The notes under the pieces are model-generated. The model worked only from the letters and a program-made list of their open reading frames with translations. It searched no databases and was not told the DNA's origin. The translations under genes were made by a program, and so were the position numbers. From NCBI GenBank assembly GCA_028716045.1, contig JAQUQO010000001.1:384942-448941 (forward strand): a stretch of DNA of 64,000 nucleotides. Direction: 5' to 3'. The DNA is from Patescibacteria group bacterium (lineage in GTDB: Bacteria; Patescibacteriota; Patescibacteriia; JAQUQO01). Shown one piece after another: positions 1 through 9,250 of this stretch; positions within the stretch are counted from its first letter, which is position 1; every line of letters begins with the position of its first letter.

Positions 1-2
1 CG

Positions 3-287
3 GCCATACCGAAACTGGCGCACCTCCGCGAATCCGGTTCCATTGAGCAGGACGCCGATGTGGTAATGTTCATTTACCGCAAAGCCACGGATAGAAATTA
101 TAGCCTTGACGAAATTCCGCCGGAAGAAAAACATATTGCCGAAATTCATATTGCCAAACACCGCAACGGCCCTACCGGCTTGATTCGTTTATTTTTTGAC
201 CAAAACCGCGTGAGCTTTAAACCGCTGGACAAGCAAATGGGTCATTTTAGTCCTCCGCCGGAAGCAACAATTAACCCACAATTTTAA
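3..287 (+). CDS. dnaB: Replicative DNA helicase, C-terminal part (truncated by window start)
   Basis: Frame from base 3 reads IPKLAHLRESGSIEQDADVVMFIYR...IAKHRNGPTG, the DnaB C-terminal motifs. Confidence 0.96.
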   Translation, partial: AIPKLAHLRESGSIEQDADVVMFIYRKATDRNYSLDEIPPEEKHIAEIHIAKHRNGPTGLIRLFFDQNRVSFKPLDKQMGHFSPPPEATINPQF

Positions 288-313
288 AAAAACTTCACAA
301 ATATAGACATCTA

Positions 314-337
314 ATCCCGAGTACTCGGGATTTTTTA
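314..337 (+). terminator. Hairpin terminator after dnaB formed by a CCCGAG-N2-CTCGGG mini-palindrome
   Basis: ATCCCGAGTACTCGGGAT followed by a T-run. Confidence 0.65.
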
Positions 338-399
338 ACAAAATAAAGGGGGCAGAAACCTTTCTCTGCCCCCGAAAAGGTCGCGGCCGTGGCGTGGCG

Positions 400-507
400 C
401 TACTTTTCTCCGCAATTGCTCCCTCCCTCTTGCGAGGACTGAAGGAGACTTTCTTGAGAACTCTTCGTCGTGGTGTTCGCGACAGGACCTGCTGTTGAGT
501 AATTCAT
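400..507 (-). CDS. 35-aa small ORF (MNYSTAGPVANTTTKSSQESLLQSSQEGGSNCGEK)
   Basis: AAGGAGGT SD before ATG; TATAAT upstream (~564-569); GGGGCAGA/TCTGCCCC hairpin (349-373) downstream. Confidence 0.5.
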   Translation of the reverse strand: MNYSTAGPVANTTTKSSQESLLQSSQEGGSNCGEK

Positions 508-664
508 TTTTCTTTACCTCCTTAATTCAGAGTTTCGCCTCTGCGCCCAAAACTACAACAGTGATTATAGAATAACACACAAACTCAAAAAAATAAAATT
601 AGATACCCACAGATTAAACTATCTCGCTGGCGACACCACTATGGTTTTTTAACCAATCCCCAAT

Positions 665-752
665 TGTCATTCTGAACGAGGTCAGCGAAGCTGACCGAAA
701 TGAAGAATCTGAATTTAGATTCTTCTCCCGAGTTCTCGGGGTCAGAATGACA
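665..752. repeat. Palindromic intergenic element, family A (TGTCATTC..GAAGAATCT/AGATTCTTC..GAATGACA)
   Basis: Terminal inverted repeats; related copies at 6150-6309 and 29525-29594. Confidence 0.8.
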
Positions 753-785
753 CTCCGCGCGGGGAGGCCCAAAAAATTCCTAAAA

Positions 786-1407
786 TTAAAAGCCCTCGGA
801 TATAAATTTTCCGAGGGGCTTGATACATATTTTGCGGCCTTCTTTTGGCCGCTGGTTGTTGGGCAGTTTATGAACGGCGGTCTTACCCTGGACCCCGCGC
901 CGTTGTCGTCGGCTTATTCTCTAAAATTTGCGCTTTCGCGCATGCTCGGAGGTGCTCTCTTCATCTTTCTATCTCCTGCTTTTGGGGTTGTCGGTTAATA
1001 AACGCACACTATGTGCCGGATAAAACAAACAATCCAACCATTGTGGCATTCTTACCAATTTTGGTATTTTTACCAAATATATTGGCCGGGGTGTCAACCC
1101 GCTTTATTCTGAATGCGCTGACCAATCGATTTCTCCCGTTTTTGTTCGTATTGGTGACTTTGCCGTGTAGATGGTCGTATCCGTAAACTGGGCGATCACC
1201 TCACTCGGCGATTTTTTTTCGGCGATTTTTTCCACAAATTGGTTTCTTCCAACTTTCTGTCATTCTTTTGCTAAGTTAGCGACTACTGACATTTTACTGG
1301 CAGATTTATGCGCTGCTTAACAGGGGTGTCAACCCTACAAAGAATGCGGACCTCCTCTTACCTCCATTCTGGTTAAATCTTTACGCCAATATATAATTTT
1401 CAAACGT
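786..1407 (-). ncRNA. Putative ~620-nt structured non-coding or micro-ORF transcript
   Basis: Perfect promoter upstream, terminator at 786-821, no sense ORF of 60 aa or more, many hairpins, duplicated CGCATTC..GGGTTGACACCCC motif. Confidence 0.45.
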
Positions 1408-1413
1408 GGTTAT

Positions 1414-1442
1414 ATTATAACATAATGGCTAAAACCTGTCAA
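1414..1442 (-). promoter_or_regulatory. Consensus sigma70 promoter
   Basis: TTGACA (1442-1437), 17 bp, TATAAT (1419-1414). Confidence 0.85.
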
Positions 1443-1494
1443 GAGTGTGGGGAAGGGAGATACTAATAACCGTCTAAAACCCAAGAAAAACAAC

Positions 1495-1522
1495 AAAAAA
1501 ACGAGAGTTAGTTAACTCTCGT
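1495..1522 (-). terminator. Intrinsic terminator of the MPFL minigene transcript
   Basis: ACGAGAGTT/AACTCTCGT stem followed by a T-run on the minus strand. Confidence 0.75.
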
Positions 1523-1673
1523 AGGGCTCTGCTTCCCCAGGCTCATACCACATGGGATATACGCTCCCCGGCAGGCTTCCTTTTAGAAGGAAGGTGACCT
1601 CACAATGGGCCACTGACTCCTTACGTCACCATTTTATAGCAGGTGAACGCTAATTTTGTCTTTAAACTCTCCG

Positions 1674-1688
1674 CTAAAGAAATGGCAT
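1674..1688 (-). other. SD-led minigene 2, MPFL*
   Basis: AAGGAGG-TTTAG-ATG CCA TTT CTT TAG. Confidence 0.55.
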
Positions 1689-1755
1689 CTAAACCTCCTT
1701 TTCTCCTCGTAGTAGAGTTAACACTAATTTTTGCGCCGATTTACTAAATCCCATC

Positions 1756-1770
1756 CTACAGAAATGGCAT
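1756..1770 (-). other. SD-led minigene 1, MPFL*
   Basis: AAGGAGG-TTTAAA-ATG CCA TTT CTG TAG. Confidence 0.55.
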
Positions 1771-1836
1771 TTTAAACCTCCTTAGCGCCTTTTTTCGTGT
1801 TAATAAATTATAAATCTCCTTAAAAGAGTTGATTAT

Positions 1837-1865
1837 ATTATAGTACATTTTACTAATTTTGTCAA
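1837..1865 (-). promoter_or_regulatory. Consensus sigma70 promoter with a partial family C palindrome next to the -35 box
   Basis: TTGACA (1865-1860), 17 bp, TATAAT (1842-1837); GACCTGTCAGCCGCGAC at 1866-1882. Confidence 0.85.
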
Positions 1866-1979
1866 GACCTGTCAGCCGCGACCCTATTAAAAAGGCTTGA
1901 TTTAGCCAAAAGCGGGGCTATTCCAAATAATACTGAAATGTAATATAATAAATTCAATCTATAAATAATAAAACCCCAT

Positions 1980-2267
1980 ATGTTCAATAAGTTAAAACAA
2001 TACAAAGAACTGCGTGACCAAGCTAAAAAAATACAAAACGGCTTAGCCGAAGAACACGTGACGCTGGAAAACCACGGCATCAATTTAACTATGAACGGCA
2101 ATATGGAAGTGGAATTAATAAAATTAAATCCGGGATTAGACATAGAGTCGCAGGAAAAATATCTTCGCGAATTGTTAAATAACGCCACTAAAAAAGTCCA
2201 GCGTGTCATGGCTGAAAAAATGAAAAATATGGGCGGGCTGGGCAATTTTAATATTCCCGGAATGTAA
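1980..2267 (+). CDS. ybaB: YbaB/EbfC family nucleoid-associated protein
   Basis: 95 aa with the typical pattern (QAKKIQ..L..E..V, ELLNNATKKVQ); directly upstream of recR. Confidence 0.85.
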   Translation: MFNKLKQYKELRDQAKKIQNGLAEEHVTLENHGINLTMNGNMEVELIKLNPGLDIESQEKYLRELLNNATKKVQRVMAEKMKNMGGLGNFNIPGM

Positions 2268-2274
2268 ATCACTG

Positions 2275-2353
2275 CCCCCCGATAAGAGGGATCGGGGGGT
2301 TAAGAAAGAAATCTTTTTTAAAACAACCCCCTTAATCCCCCTTATCATGGGGA
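2275..2353. repeat. CCCC/GGGG-type palindromic intergenic element
   Basis: CCCCCCGATAAGAGGGATCGGGGGGTT...AACCCCCTTAATCCCCCTTATCATGGGG imperfect inverted repeat; similar in style to 29441-29514 and 33755-33811. Confidence 0.55.
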
Positions 2354-2360
2354 AACAATT

Positions 2361-2957
2361 ATGCGGTTTCCTAAAGTCATCCAAAATTTAATTGACCAAT
2401 TCAATAAACTGCCCGGCATTGGACCCAAGACCTCCGAGCGGCTGGTTTTCTATCTGCTTAAACGCCCGAGGGAAGAACTGAAAGAATTTGCCGAAGCGCT
2501 GGAGAAAGTTTCCAACGCCACCACTGTTTGTTCAATATGCTATAACTTCACGGAAACCAACCCCTGTGAAATTTGCTCCGACAAAAAAAGAGATAAAAAC
2601 ATAATTTGCGTGGTGGCGGAAATCTTCGATTTGTTGGCCATAGAAAATACCGGAGAATATAACGGGCTGTATCACGTCCTGGGCGGAAATCTGAACCCGA
2701 TTGAGGGCATCACACCGGACGAATTGACTATCAAACAACTGCTCGCGCGCCTATCTAAAAACGGATTCCGGGAAATAATTCTAGCTCTCAATCCTGACAT
2801 TGAAGGCGAATCCACCACGCTTTATCTTTCTAAAATTTTAAAGCCCTACAAAATAAAAATCACCCGCTTGGCGCGGGGCCTGCCCATGGGCAGTAATCTG
2901 GAATACGCCGATGAAATTACTATTTCCAACGCGCTCAAGGGAAGGATGGAAATATAA
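2361..2957 (+). CDS. recR: Recombination mediator RecR
   Basis: HhH LPGIGPKT, C4 zinc finger, TOPRIM, LARGLPMGSNLEYAD. Confidence 0.97.
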   Translation: MRFPKVIQNLIDQFNKLPGIGPKTSERLVFYLLKRPREELKEFAEALEKVSNATTVCSICYNFTETNPCEICSDKKRDKNIICVVAEIFDLLAIENTGEYNGLYHVLGGNLNPIEGITPDELTIKQLLARLSKNGFREIILALNPDIEGESTTLYLSKILKPYKIKITRLARGLPMGSNLEYADEITISNALKGRMEI

Positions 2958-3055
2958 AACGGCTGACGGCTGATGGACCGGCTCATGGCTTACGGACTAC
3001 GGCTCATAGTGATAAAAAACAAAAAATTCTCCTTTTTTGGGAGAATTTTTTTATA

Positions 3056-3379
3056 TTACTTACCAATCTTCTCAATTTTTATTTTGGTAAAATACTGCCT
3101 GTGACCGGCGTGCCGGCGGTAACGGGCCTTGCTTTTAAACTTTATCACCGCAATTTTTCTGTTTCTGCCCTGCTCCAAAATTGACGCTTCAACTTTGGCG
3201 CCTTTAATTTCCGGCATTCCGAGGTCAACGGATTTCCCCGCCTCATCAGCCAAAAGCAAAACTTTATCAAAAATAATCTTGCCGCCCTTGTCTCCGGCAA
3301 TTTTTTCTATTTTAAGAGTATTGCCCTCTTGAACTTTGTATTGCTTGCCGCCAGTTTTAATAACCGCGATATTAGCCAT
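3056..3379 (-). CDS. rplU: 50S ribosomal protein L21
   Basis: AVIKTGGKQYKV...GHRQYFTKIKI. Confidence 0.97.
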   Translation of the reverse strand: MANIAVIKTGGKQYKVQEGNTLKIEKIAGDKGGKIIFDKVLLLADEAGKSVDLGMPEIKGAKVEASILEQGRNRKIAVIKFKSKARYRRHAGHRQYFTKIKIEKIGK

Positions 3380-3418
3380 ATCTAAAATTATTTATAAAAA
3401 ATATACATCTATATTAAC

Positions 3419-3874
3419 TTAATCAATTTTTTTTGTCAACACCTCAAATTTACCCCCTCTTTTAACACCCTCCTCCCCTGCCAATCCTCCCCTAATCTCC
3501 AAAACATAATCAACCGGCTGGGGTGGATAATATAGGGCCGTTTCGTCAAGATGGCTAACATTATGTTCAATACCTATAATTTCACCACCAGCAATCCAGA
3601 TTATATCAATATCAAACTTCATGCCCTTCATCCAAAATGGCAATGTGGAGCCATTTTTAAAAATAAACAACATGCCCTCGCCCTCCCCTATTTCTTCGCG
3701 TCCGGAAAGTCCCCTGGATATTTCGGCAGTGGAATCCGCTAACTCCGCTTCAATAACTAATTTGCCTTGGTCTAAAGAAATCCGCGCTTTGGCCGTTGAT
3801 GTTGCCCATAAAACAATAACTATCGCCCCAAAACATAAAAATAAAATAGCCACCAAAATTATCACTTTTTTCAT
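3419..3874 (-). CDS. DUF192 family protein
   Basis: N-terminal TM; GLSGR, GMLFIF, FWMKGMKFDIDIIWI, YVLEI. Confidence 0.9.
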   Translation of the reverse strand: MKKVIILVAILFLCFGAIVIVLWATSTAKARISLDQGKLVIEAELADSTAEISRGLSGREEIGEGEGMLFIFKNGSTLPFWMKGMKFDIDIIWIAGGEIIGIEHNVSHLDETALYYPPQPVDYVLEIRGGLAGEEGVKRGGKFEVLTKKID

Positions 3875-4974
3875 AGACCCGCGCTTGATTTTGATTTTCT
3901 AACCGCTAAAATCGCCAAAACCAACATCACTAAAACTAAAATTGCCAAAGCCCAAAGCTTGCTCCGGCTCTGCAAGAACAGGGCGCCGGCGCCGAAAGAA
4001 ACTGATAAAAAATATAAAAATAAAACCGCGCCGCGATGTGAGAACCCCAAATTTAGCAGACGAAAATGTAGATGCTTAGCATCTCCCCGAAACGGCGATT
4101 TTTTTTCCACAAAAATCCTTCTTAAAATCACCCACAGCACATCCAAAACCGGAATGCCGACGACAAGAAGCGTGGTGGCGACTTTACTGCCGGAAATAAT
4201 ACCAAGAGCGCCAAGCATAAAACCGCAAAATAGACTTCCGCCCTCGCCCAAAAATATTTTAGCGGGATGCCAATTAAAAATTAAAAAACCCGCGCAGACG
4301 GCGGCTAAAATCAAAGCCAACGCCGCCACCTCCGGCTGGTACCACCGAGTCAGCAAACTCAAACCGGCGATAATCAAAGCGCCAATAATGGTAATGCCGG
4401 AAACCAATCCGTCCAATCCGTCCAAAAATTTTGTGGTATACATCATCCCCATCAGCCATAAAAAAGTGAAAACATCAGCCAATAAAGTAAATTTATACGC
4501 TATTCCATTGTGCCAAAATAAAATCCATTCATAGGTAGTAAAATCCAAAAGTCCGCCAAAGGGATTATTGATATAATGTATGCCAATACCCGAAACAATC
4601 ACAATAATTACCGCGGCCATCGGAAAAATAATCTGAAACTTCGGCGCTAAATTATATTTGTCATCTAAAAAACCGCCAATCATTAAAACAAGCCCGCCAA
4701 AAAATAAACCGGCTAAATTTTTGACTACTAACTGCTTATCCAAAATCATTTCCGGGTTTATAAAATAAATCACCGCCAAAACAATAAAAAAAGACAAAAA
4801 AAGAGCCAGACCGCCAAAAAGCGGGGTCGGCTCCTGATGGATTTTCCTACCGCCGGTGGGCTGGTCAAGAACATTAAAACGCAAAGCCAGACGGCGGATA
4901 AAAAAAGTAAGAACAATACTTATGACAAAAGAAAAAACCGTTAACCACAACATAAGGAGCATTATTTTTCGCAA
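3871..4974 (-). CDS. MraY/WecA/TagO family polyprenyl-phosphate GlcNAc-1-phosphate transferase
   Basis: RKIH..PTP..GGLA, GFLDD, FLDGLDGL, FNWHPAKIFLGE, HLHFRL; many TMs. Confidence 0.92.
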   Translation of the reverse strand: MRKIMLLMLWLTVFSFVISIVLTFFIRRLALRFNVLDQPTGGRKIHQEPTPLFGGLALFLSFFIVLAVIYFINPEMILDKQLVVKNLAGLFFGGLVLMIGGFLDDKYNLAPKFQIIFPMAAVIIVIVSGIGIHYINNPFGGLLDFTTYEWILFWHNGIAYKFTLLADVFTFLWLMGMMYTTKFLDGLDGLVSGITIIGALIIAGLSLLTRWYQPEVAALALILAAVCAGFLIFNWHPAKIFLGEGGSLFCGFMLGALGIISGSKVATTLLVVGIPVLDVLWVILRRIFVEKKSPFRGDAKHLHFRLLNLGFSHRGAVLFLYFLSVSFGAGALFLQSRSKLWALAILVLVMLVLAILAVRKSKSSAGL

Positions 4975-6071
4975 GTTGGATTAAGAAAACCTGAACACTC
5001 GTATCCAGCCGGGCATTGATAGTCCTCGGCGCAAGAATCCCCGGGTGATAATTTAGAATAACATTTGTTTATTGTATATCCTAAAAGAGTGTCAAGATTG
5101 CACCACTGCCCGGTTCCGCAATCATTTTGGCTGGAACAGCCCTCCCCTTGTTTTCTGCAATTATACCCCGCCCCCTCCTGCCGGCAAGTAAACCCCGGCG
5201 CGCATTTTTGGGAATTATTGCATGGAGCGCCGTCCATGCCATTTGAGCAAAGCCCACTCTCGCAAATTTTGCTTTCGCACTCCGAAGCATTGGAACAATC
5301 ACTACCCGCCGACCGGCCAGTAGAACCCTCACAAGAACCTATCCCCTTTTTAGGGTTAGCTTCCTCGTCACATTTAAATCCTTTCTGACAGTCGGCGTCG
5401 GTTAGGCAGGAAGACCCCTTGTCCCCGCCGCTGCAAAGGCCAGTGCCTCCCCCGCCGGCATTTTCAATACATTTTTGTCCTCGGGGGCAAGAATCCGAAA
5501 TTTTAAGGTCACATGTTTGCTCCGCTTTGGACGGGCAAACTATTTCCGTTTCTCCTGACAAACATTCATTCACTCTCGCGACATAGTCATTTCTATCTCC
5601 GCTAGCATTAACACCGGAGACGGGTTTACAGCAAATAGTTTTGGCTTTTTCTACTTCTGTAATCGTTCTGATTTCCGGCACTTTCAATTTTGTCAGATTG
5701 GGATTCACTGTATTTAAAATAAACCATGAGCCAAATACTAAAAATAGTCCTATCAACGCGCTGGCTATGTATTCTTTGGCATTCTTCACTCTATCCGGAC
5801 TGCCGCCGGCCGTCAGCCAAATCACTCCGCCGACGACTATCATCACAACTGCCACGATGCCGACTATGGAAAGGGCGTAATTATAAATAACGTTGATGTA
5901 ATCGGCAATATCAATTGACGCAATCATCGTGTCTTCATCATAACTCATCCCGGGAATGGGCACGGAAATTTTAACCTGCGGTTTCTCCGCGGCCAAAACA
6001 AAACCCGTGAGCAAAATTTGAAGTGCGAAAATAATGACGATGATAGATAAAATTCTTTTAGAAAAAAGCAT
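4962..6071 (-). CDS. CPR pilin-like (TrbC/VirB2-type) membrane domain fused to a Cys-rich extracellular tail
   Basis: IVVGGVIWLTAGGSPDRVKNAKEYIASALIGL..SWFILNTVNP, then repeated C-x5-C-x4/5-C modules. Confidence 0.8.
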   Translation of the reverse strand: MLFSKRILSIIVIIFALQILLTGFVLAAEKPQVKISVPIPGMSYDEDTMIASIDIADYINVIYNYALSIVGIVAVVMIVVGGVIWLTAGGSPDRVKNAKEYIASALIGLFLVFGSWFILNTVNPNLTKLKVPEIRTITEVEKAKTICCKPVSGVNASGDRNDYVARVNECLSGETEIVCPSKAEQTCDLKISDSCPRGQKCIENAGGGGTGLCSGGDKGSSCLTDADCQKGFKCDEEANPKKGIGSCEGSTGRSAGSDCSNASECESKICESGLCSNGMDGAPCNNSQKCAPGFTCRQEGAGYNCRKQGEGCSSQNDCGTGQWCNLDTLLGYTINKCYSKLSPGDSCAEDYQCPAGYECSGFLNPTCEK

Positions 6072-6149
6072 AGGGCTAAATTATAGATAAACTACTGCTT
6101 ACCGAATTTTGGCGTTAAAAAAGAATCCTTACTTTCTGTTTTTATTTAT

Positions 6150-6309
6150 TGTCATTCCGAGCGGAACGAATGAGCGATAGCGAATGAGTGCAGTCGAGGA
6201 ATCCCTTATACGCGGTTAAACGGATTGAACAAAATTTTAGCTTCTCCGAAGTTTAAGCGATTTCCTTCGGCAAGCTCAGGAGAGGCCCTCCACTTCGGTC
6301 GGAATGACA
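6150..6309. repeat. Palindromic element, family A
   Basis: TGTCATTCCGAGC...GAGGAATC and GGTCGGAATGACA termini. Confidence 0.75.
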
Positions 6310-6391
6310 AAATATAAACAATACTCACAATTCTTACACTTTATTTTAGCATATTTTAGGGAAAATAAAAAACCGCGTTGCGTTGGCAATT

Positions 6392-6572
6392 TGTCTTTGC
6401 GAGGCGTCCCGAGAATTCGGGACGACGAAGCAATCTGATCCGAGTGGTTATTCTGAATAAAGCAAAATCTACGGTTGTCGTCCTCGGCCTGCTAAACGTG
6501 GTCAAAATGGCACTAATCTCGCACCAGATTACTTCGCTCATCCCGCCGTGGCGGGATTCGCTCGCAAAGACA
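6392..6572. repeat. Palindromic element, family B (TGTCWTTGCGAG..GAAGCAATCT/AGATT..CTCGCAAWGACA)
   Basis: Terminal inverted repeats with nested TCCCGAGAATTCGGGA and TCCCGCCGTGGCGGGA mini-palindromes. Confidence 0.8.
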
Positions 6573-6667
6573 ATATGATATTATCGGTATTTAGAATTTA
6601 GTTATTAAAAAACCGCCCTGATATTAAATCAAAGCGGTTTAAAATGATTTTCTTGCTAAATTTTCAA

Positions 6668-6880
6668 TCAGGACTCCTCCAAAATTTCCTCGTTTTCCTC
6701 CGCGGTGGCGTTGTATCCCTGTAAAGCATAGGGAATGAGTGTGTTACTTCTGTATAAAAGACGGACGCAAACCTGCCTAGTCCTCACTCTTTCCCTCTGC
6801 AACATTTTAGGTAATTGAAACTGCTGGTAAAGTATTAACCCCACGCCCAAAATGATTAAAAAACCACAAACGTAAAGCAT
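6668..6880 (-). CDS. Small membrane-anchored hypothetical protein
   Basis: 70 aa, N-terminal TM, AGGAGG SD, hairpin terminator at ~6608-6642. Confidence 0.6.
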   Translation of the reverse strand: MLYVCGFLIILGVGLILYQQFQLPKMLQRERVRTRQVCVRLLYRSNTLIPYALQGYNATAEENEEILEES

Positions 6881-6903
6881 TTTTCTTCCTCCTATATCTA
6901 ATT

Positions 6904-8022
<1,119 letters not shown>

Positions 8023-8087
8023 CTATTCGGCGGCGCTTTGCCCCGCCCTTTGAACAAACCCCAGTATTTATATTGGGAAGTCGGGGG

Positions 8088-8140
8088 TTGACTATAAAAA
8101 TTATTTCTATTATAATACCCGAAATTGCGTTCTTTGTCAA
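8088..8140. promoter_or_regulatory. Overlapping opposed sigma70 promoters for tgt (-) and the pgsA-like gene (+)
   Basis: Plus: TTGACT 8088-8093, 17 bp, TATAAT 8111-8116. Minus: TTGACA 8140-8135, 17 bp, TATTAT 8117-8112. Confidence 0.7.
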
Positions 8141-8157
8141 TTTAAAAAGGAGGAAAA

Positions 8158-8775
8158 ATGGTCACAAAAAAATTTAGTGATTATCTTACGGAGAGAGACA
8201 AGCTCTGGCAAGAATGGATGAAAAAACACTGGCCCTGCCCCAGATATTTTACCGCTAACTTACTCACGATTGCCCGCTTCCCACTACTTATCCCCATTAT
8301 TGTTTTTATCCAAATGGGCAAAGAGTATTGGGCCCTGGCAATATTCTTTATCGCCTGCGGCGGAATCCTGGATATACTTGACGGTCCGGTAGCCAGAACG
8401 TTTAAGCAGGAAAGTGAGCTGGGAAAATTTTTAGACCCCCTAGCGGACAAACTCGTCATTCTCTTGCCGCTCTGGACTGCTGCTTTTCACAAAGAGGGGC
8501 TGGAAAGTTTGATTATTCTTATGGCGCTTACCGTTATTGAATCGCTTTTGATACTGAAAAGGATTCTTACTAAACTCGGCTGGGAAATCGGCTCACCGGA
8601 AATTAAAGCACGGCTTTCTGGAAAAATTAAATCTTATATCCAGTTTTTCGGAATCGGCGCTTATCTCATCGGACACGGAGTCAACTACGGCTGGCTCGTC
8701 CAATCCGGAATAGCTCTAATTGTTATCTCCACTTTGCTGGCCGCTATCAGCTTAAAAGACCATTTTGATTTTTAA
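8158..8775 (+). CDS. CDP-alcohol phosphatidyltransferase (PgsA-like)
   Basis: ANLLTIAR, DILDGPVAR..Q.SELGKFLDPLADKL signature; AAGGAGG SD. Confidence 0.9.
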   Translation: MVTKKFSDYLTERDKLWQEWMKKHWPCPRYFTANLLTIARFPLLIPIIVFIQMGKEYWALAIFFIACGGILDILDGPVARTFKQESELGKFLDPLADKLVILLPLWTAAFHKEGLESLIILMALTVIESLLILKRILTKLGWEIGSPEIKARLSGKIKSYIQFFGIGAYLIGHGVNYGWLVQSGIALIVISTLLAAISLKDHFDF

Positions 8776-8887
8776 TTTCTTAAAACCCCGCTTAACGGGG
8801 TTTTTATTTTAAAAAAAATAATTTCTCTCGCGACAAGCTTAGAGAGAAATTATTTTCAGGACTGCCAATTTAACTTTTGTTTTTGTT

Positions 8888-9235
8888 TTATTTATAGGCA
8901 ACCGCTGTGCTCCCGGGAATAAGATAATCCACCTTGGAAACGGCCACCATATTTAATCCCTTAATTTTTTCCGCCAAATAACTATGCGATTGTAATTCCG
9001 CTATTTTTAATTCCAGATTTTTATTATCATCTTTCAGGGTTTCTATCCTTTTTTCTAAATCCTTAATTTCAAAACCTTTGGCCGCCACGCTGTTTATCTG
9101 AACTAAATATAAAAGTCCGGCTGCGACAATAAGAACCAAAATAATTACATTAAAATTAAGACCATTTATCCTTTTCCAAAAAGACCGTCGGCGCAACTCG
9201 TATTTAATTTTTTTGAGTCTTAAAAAACAGGTCAT
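8888..9235 (-). CDS. ftsL: Cell division protein FtsL-like
   Basis: Basic N-terminus, single TM, coiled coil; directly after mraZ-rsmH. Confidence 0.7.
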   Translation of the reverse strand: MTCFLRLKKIKYELRRRSFWKRINGLNFNVIILVLIVAAGLLYLVQINSVAAKGFEIKDLEKRIETLKDDNKNLELKIAELQSHSYLAEKIKGLNMVAVSKVDYLIPGSTAVAYK

Positions 9236-9250
9236 GTTTTTGTTTTATTT

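Noticed and set aside
747-1186. Plus-strand ORFs of 83 and 113 aa
   Set aside because: No SD or recognisable domain; they run antisense to a unit with a clear minus-strand promoter and terminator
786-1407. RNase P RNA, tmRNA, SRP or T-box identity for the long non-coding unit
   Set aside because: No GAGGAAAGUCC, no tRNA-Ala-like ends and no T-box bulge motif visible
6356-6578. ORFs of 61 and 66 aa
   Set aside because: They overlie a family B palindromic repeat; the same applies to 29615-29866, 33838-34050 and 49431-49619
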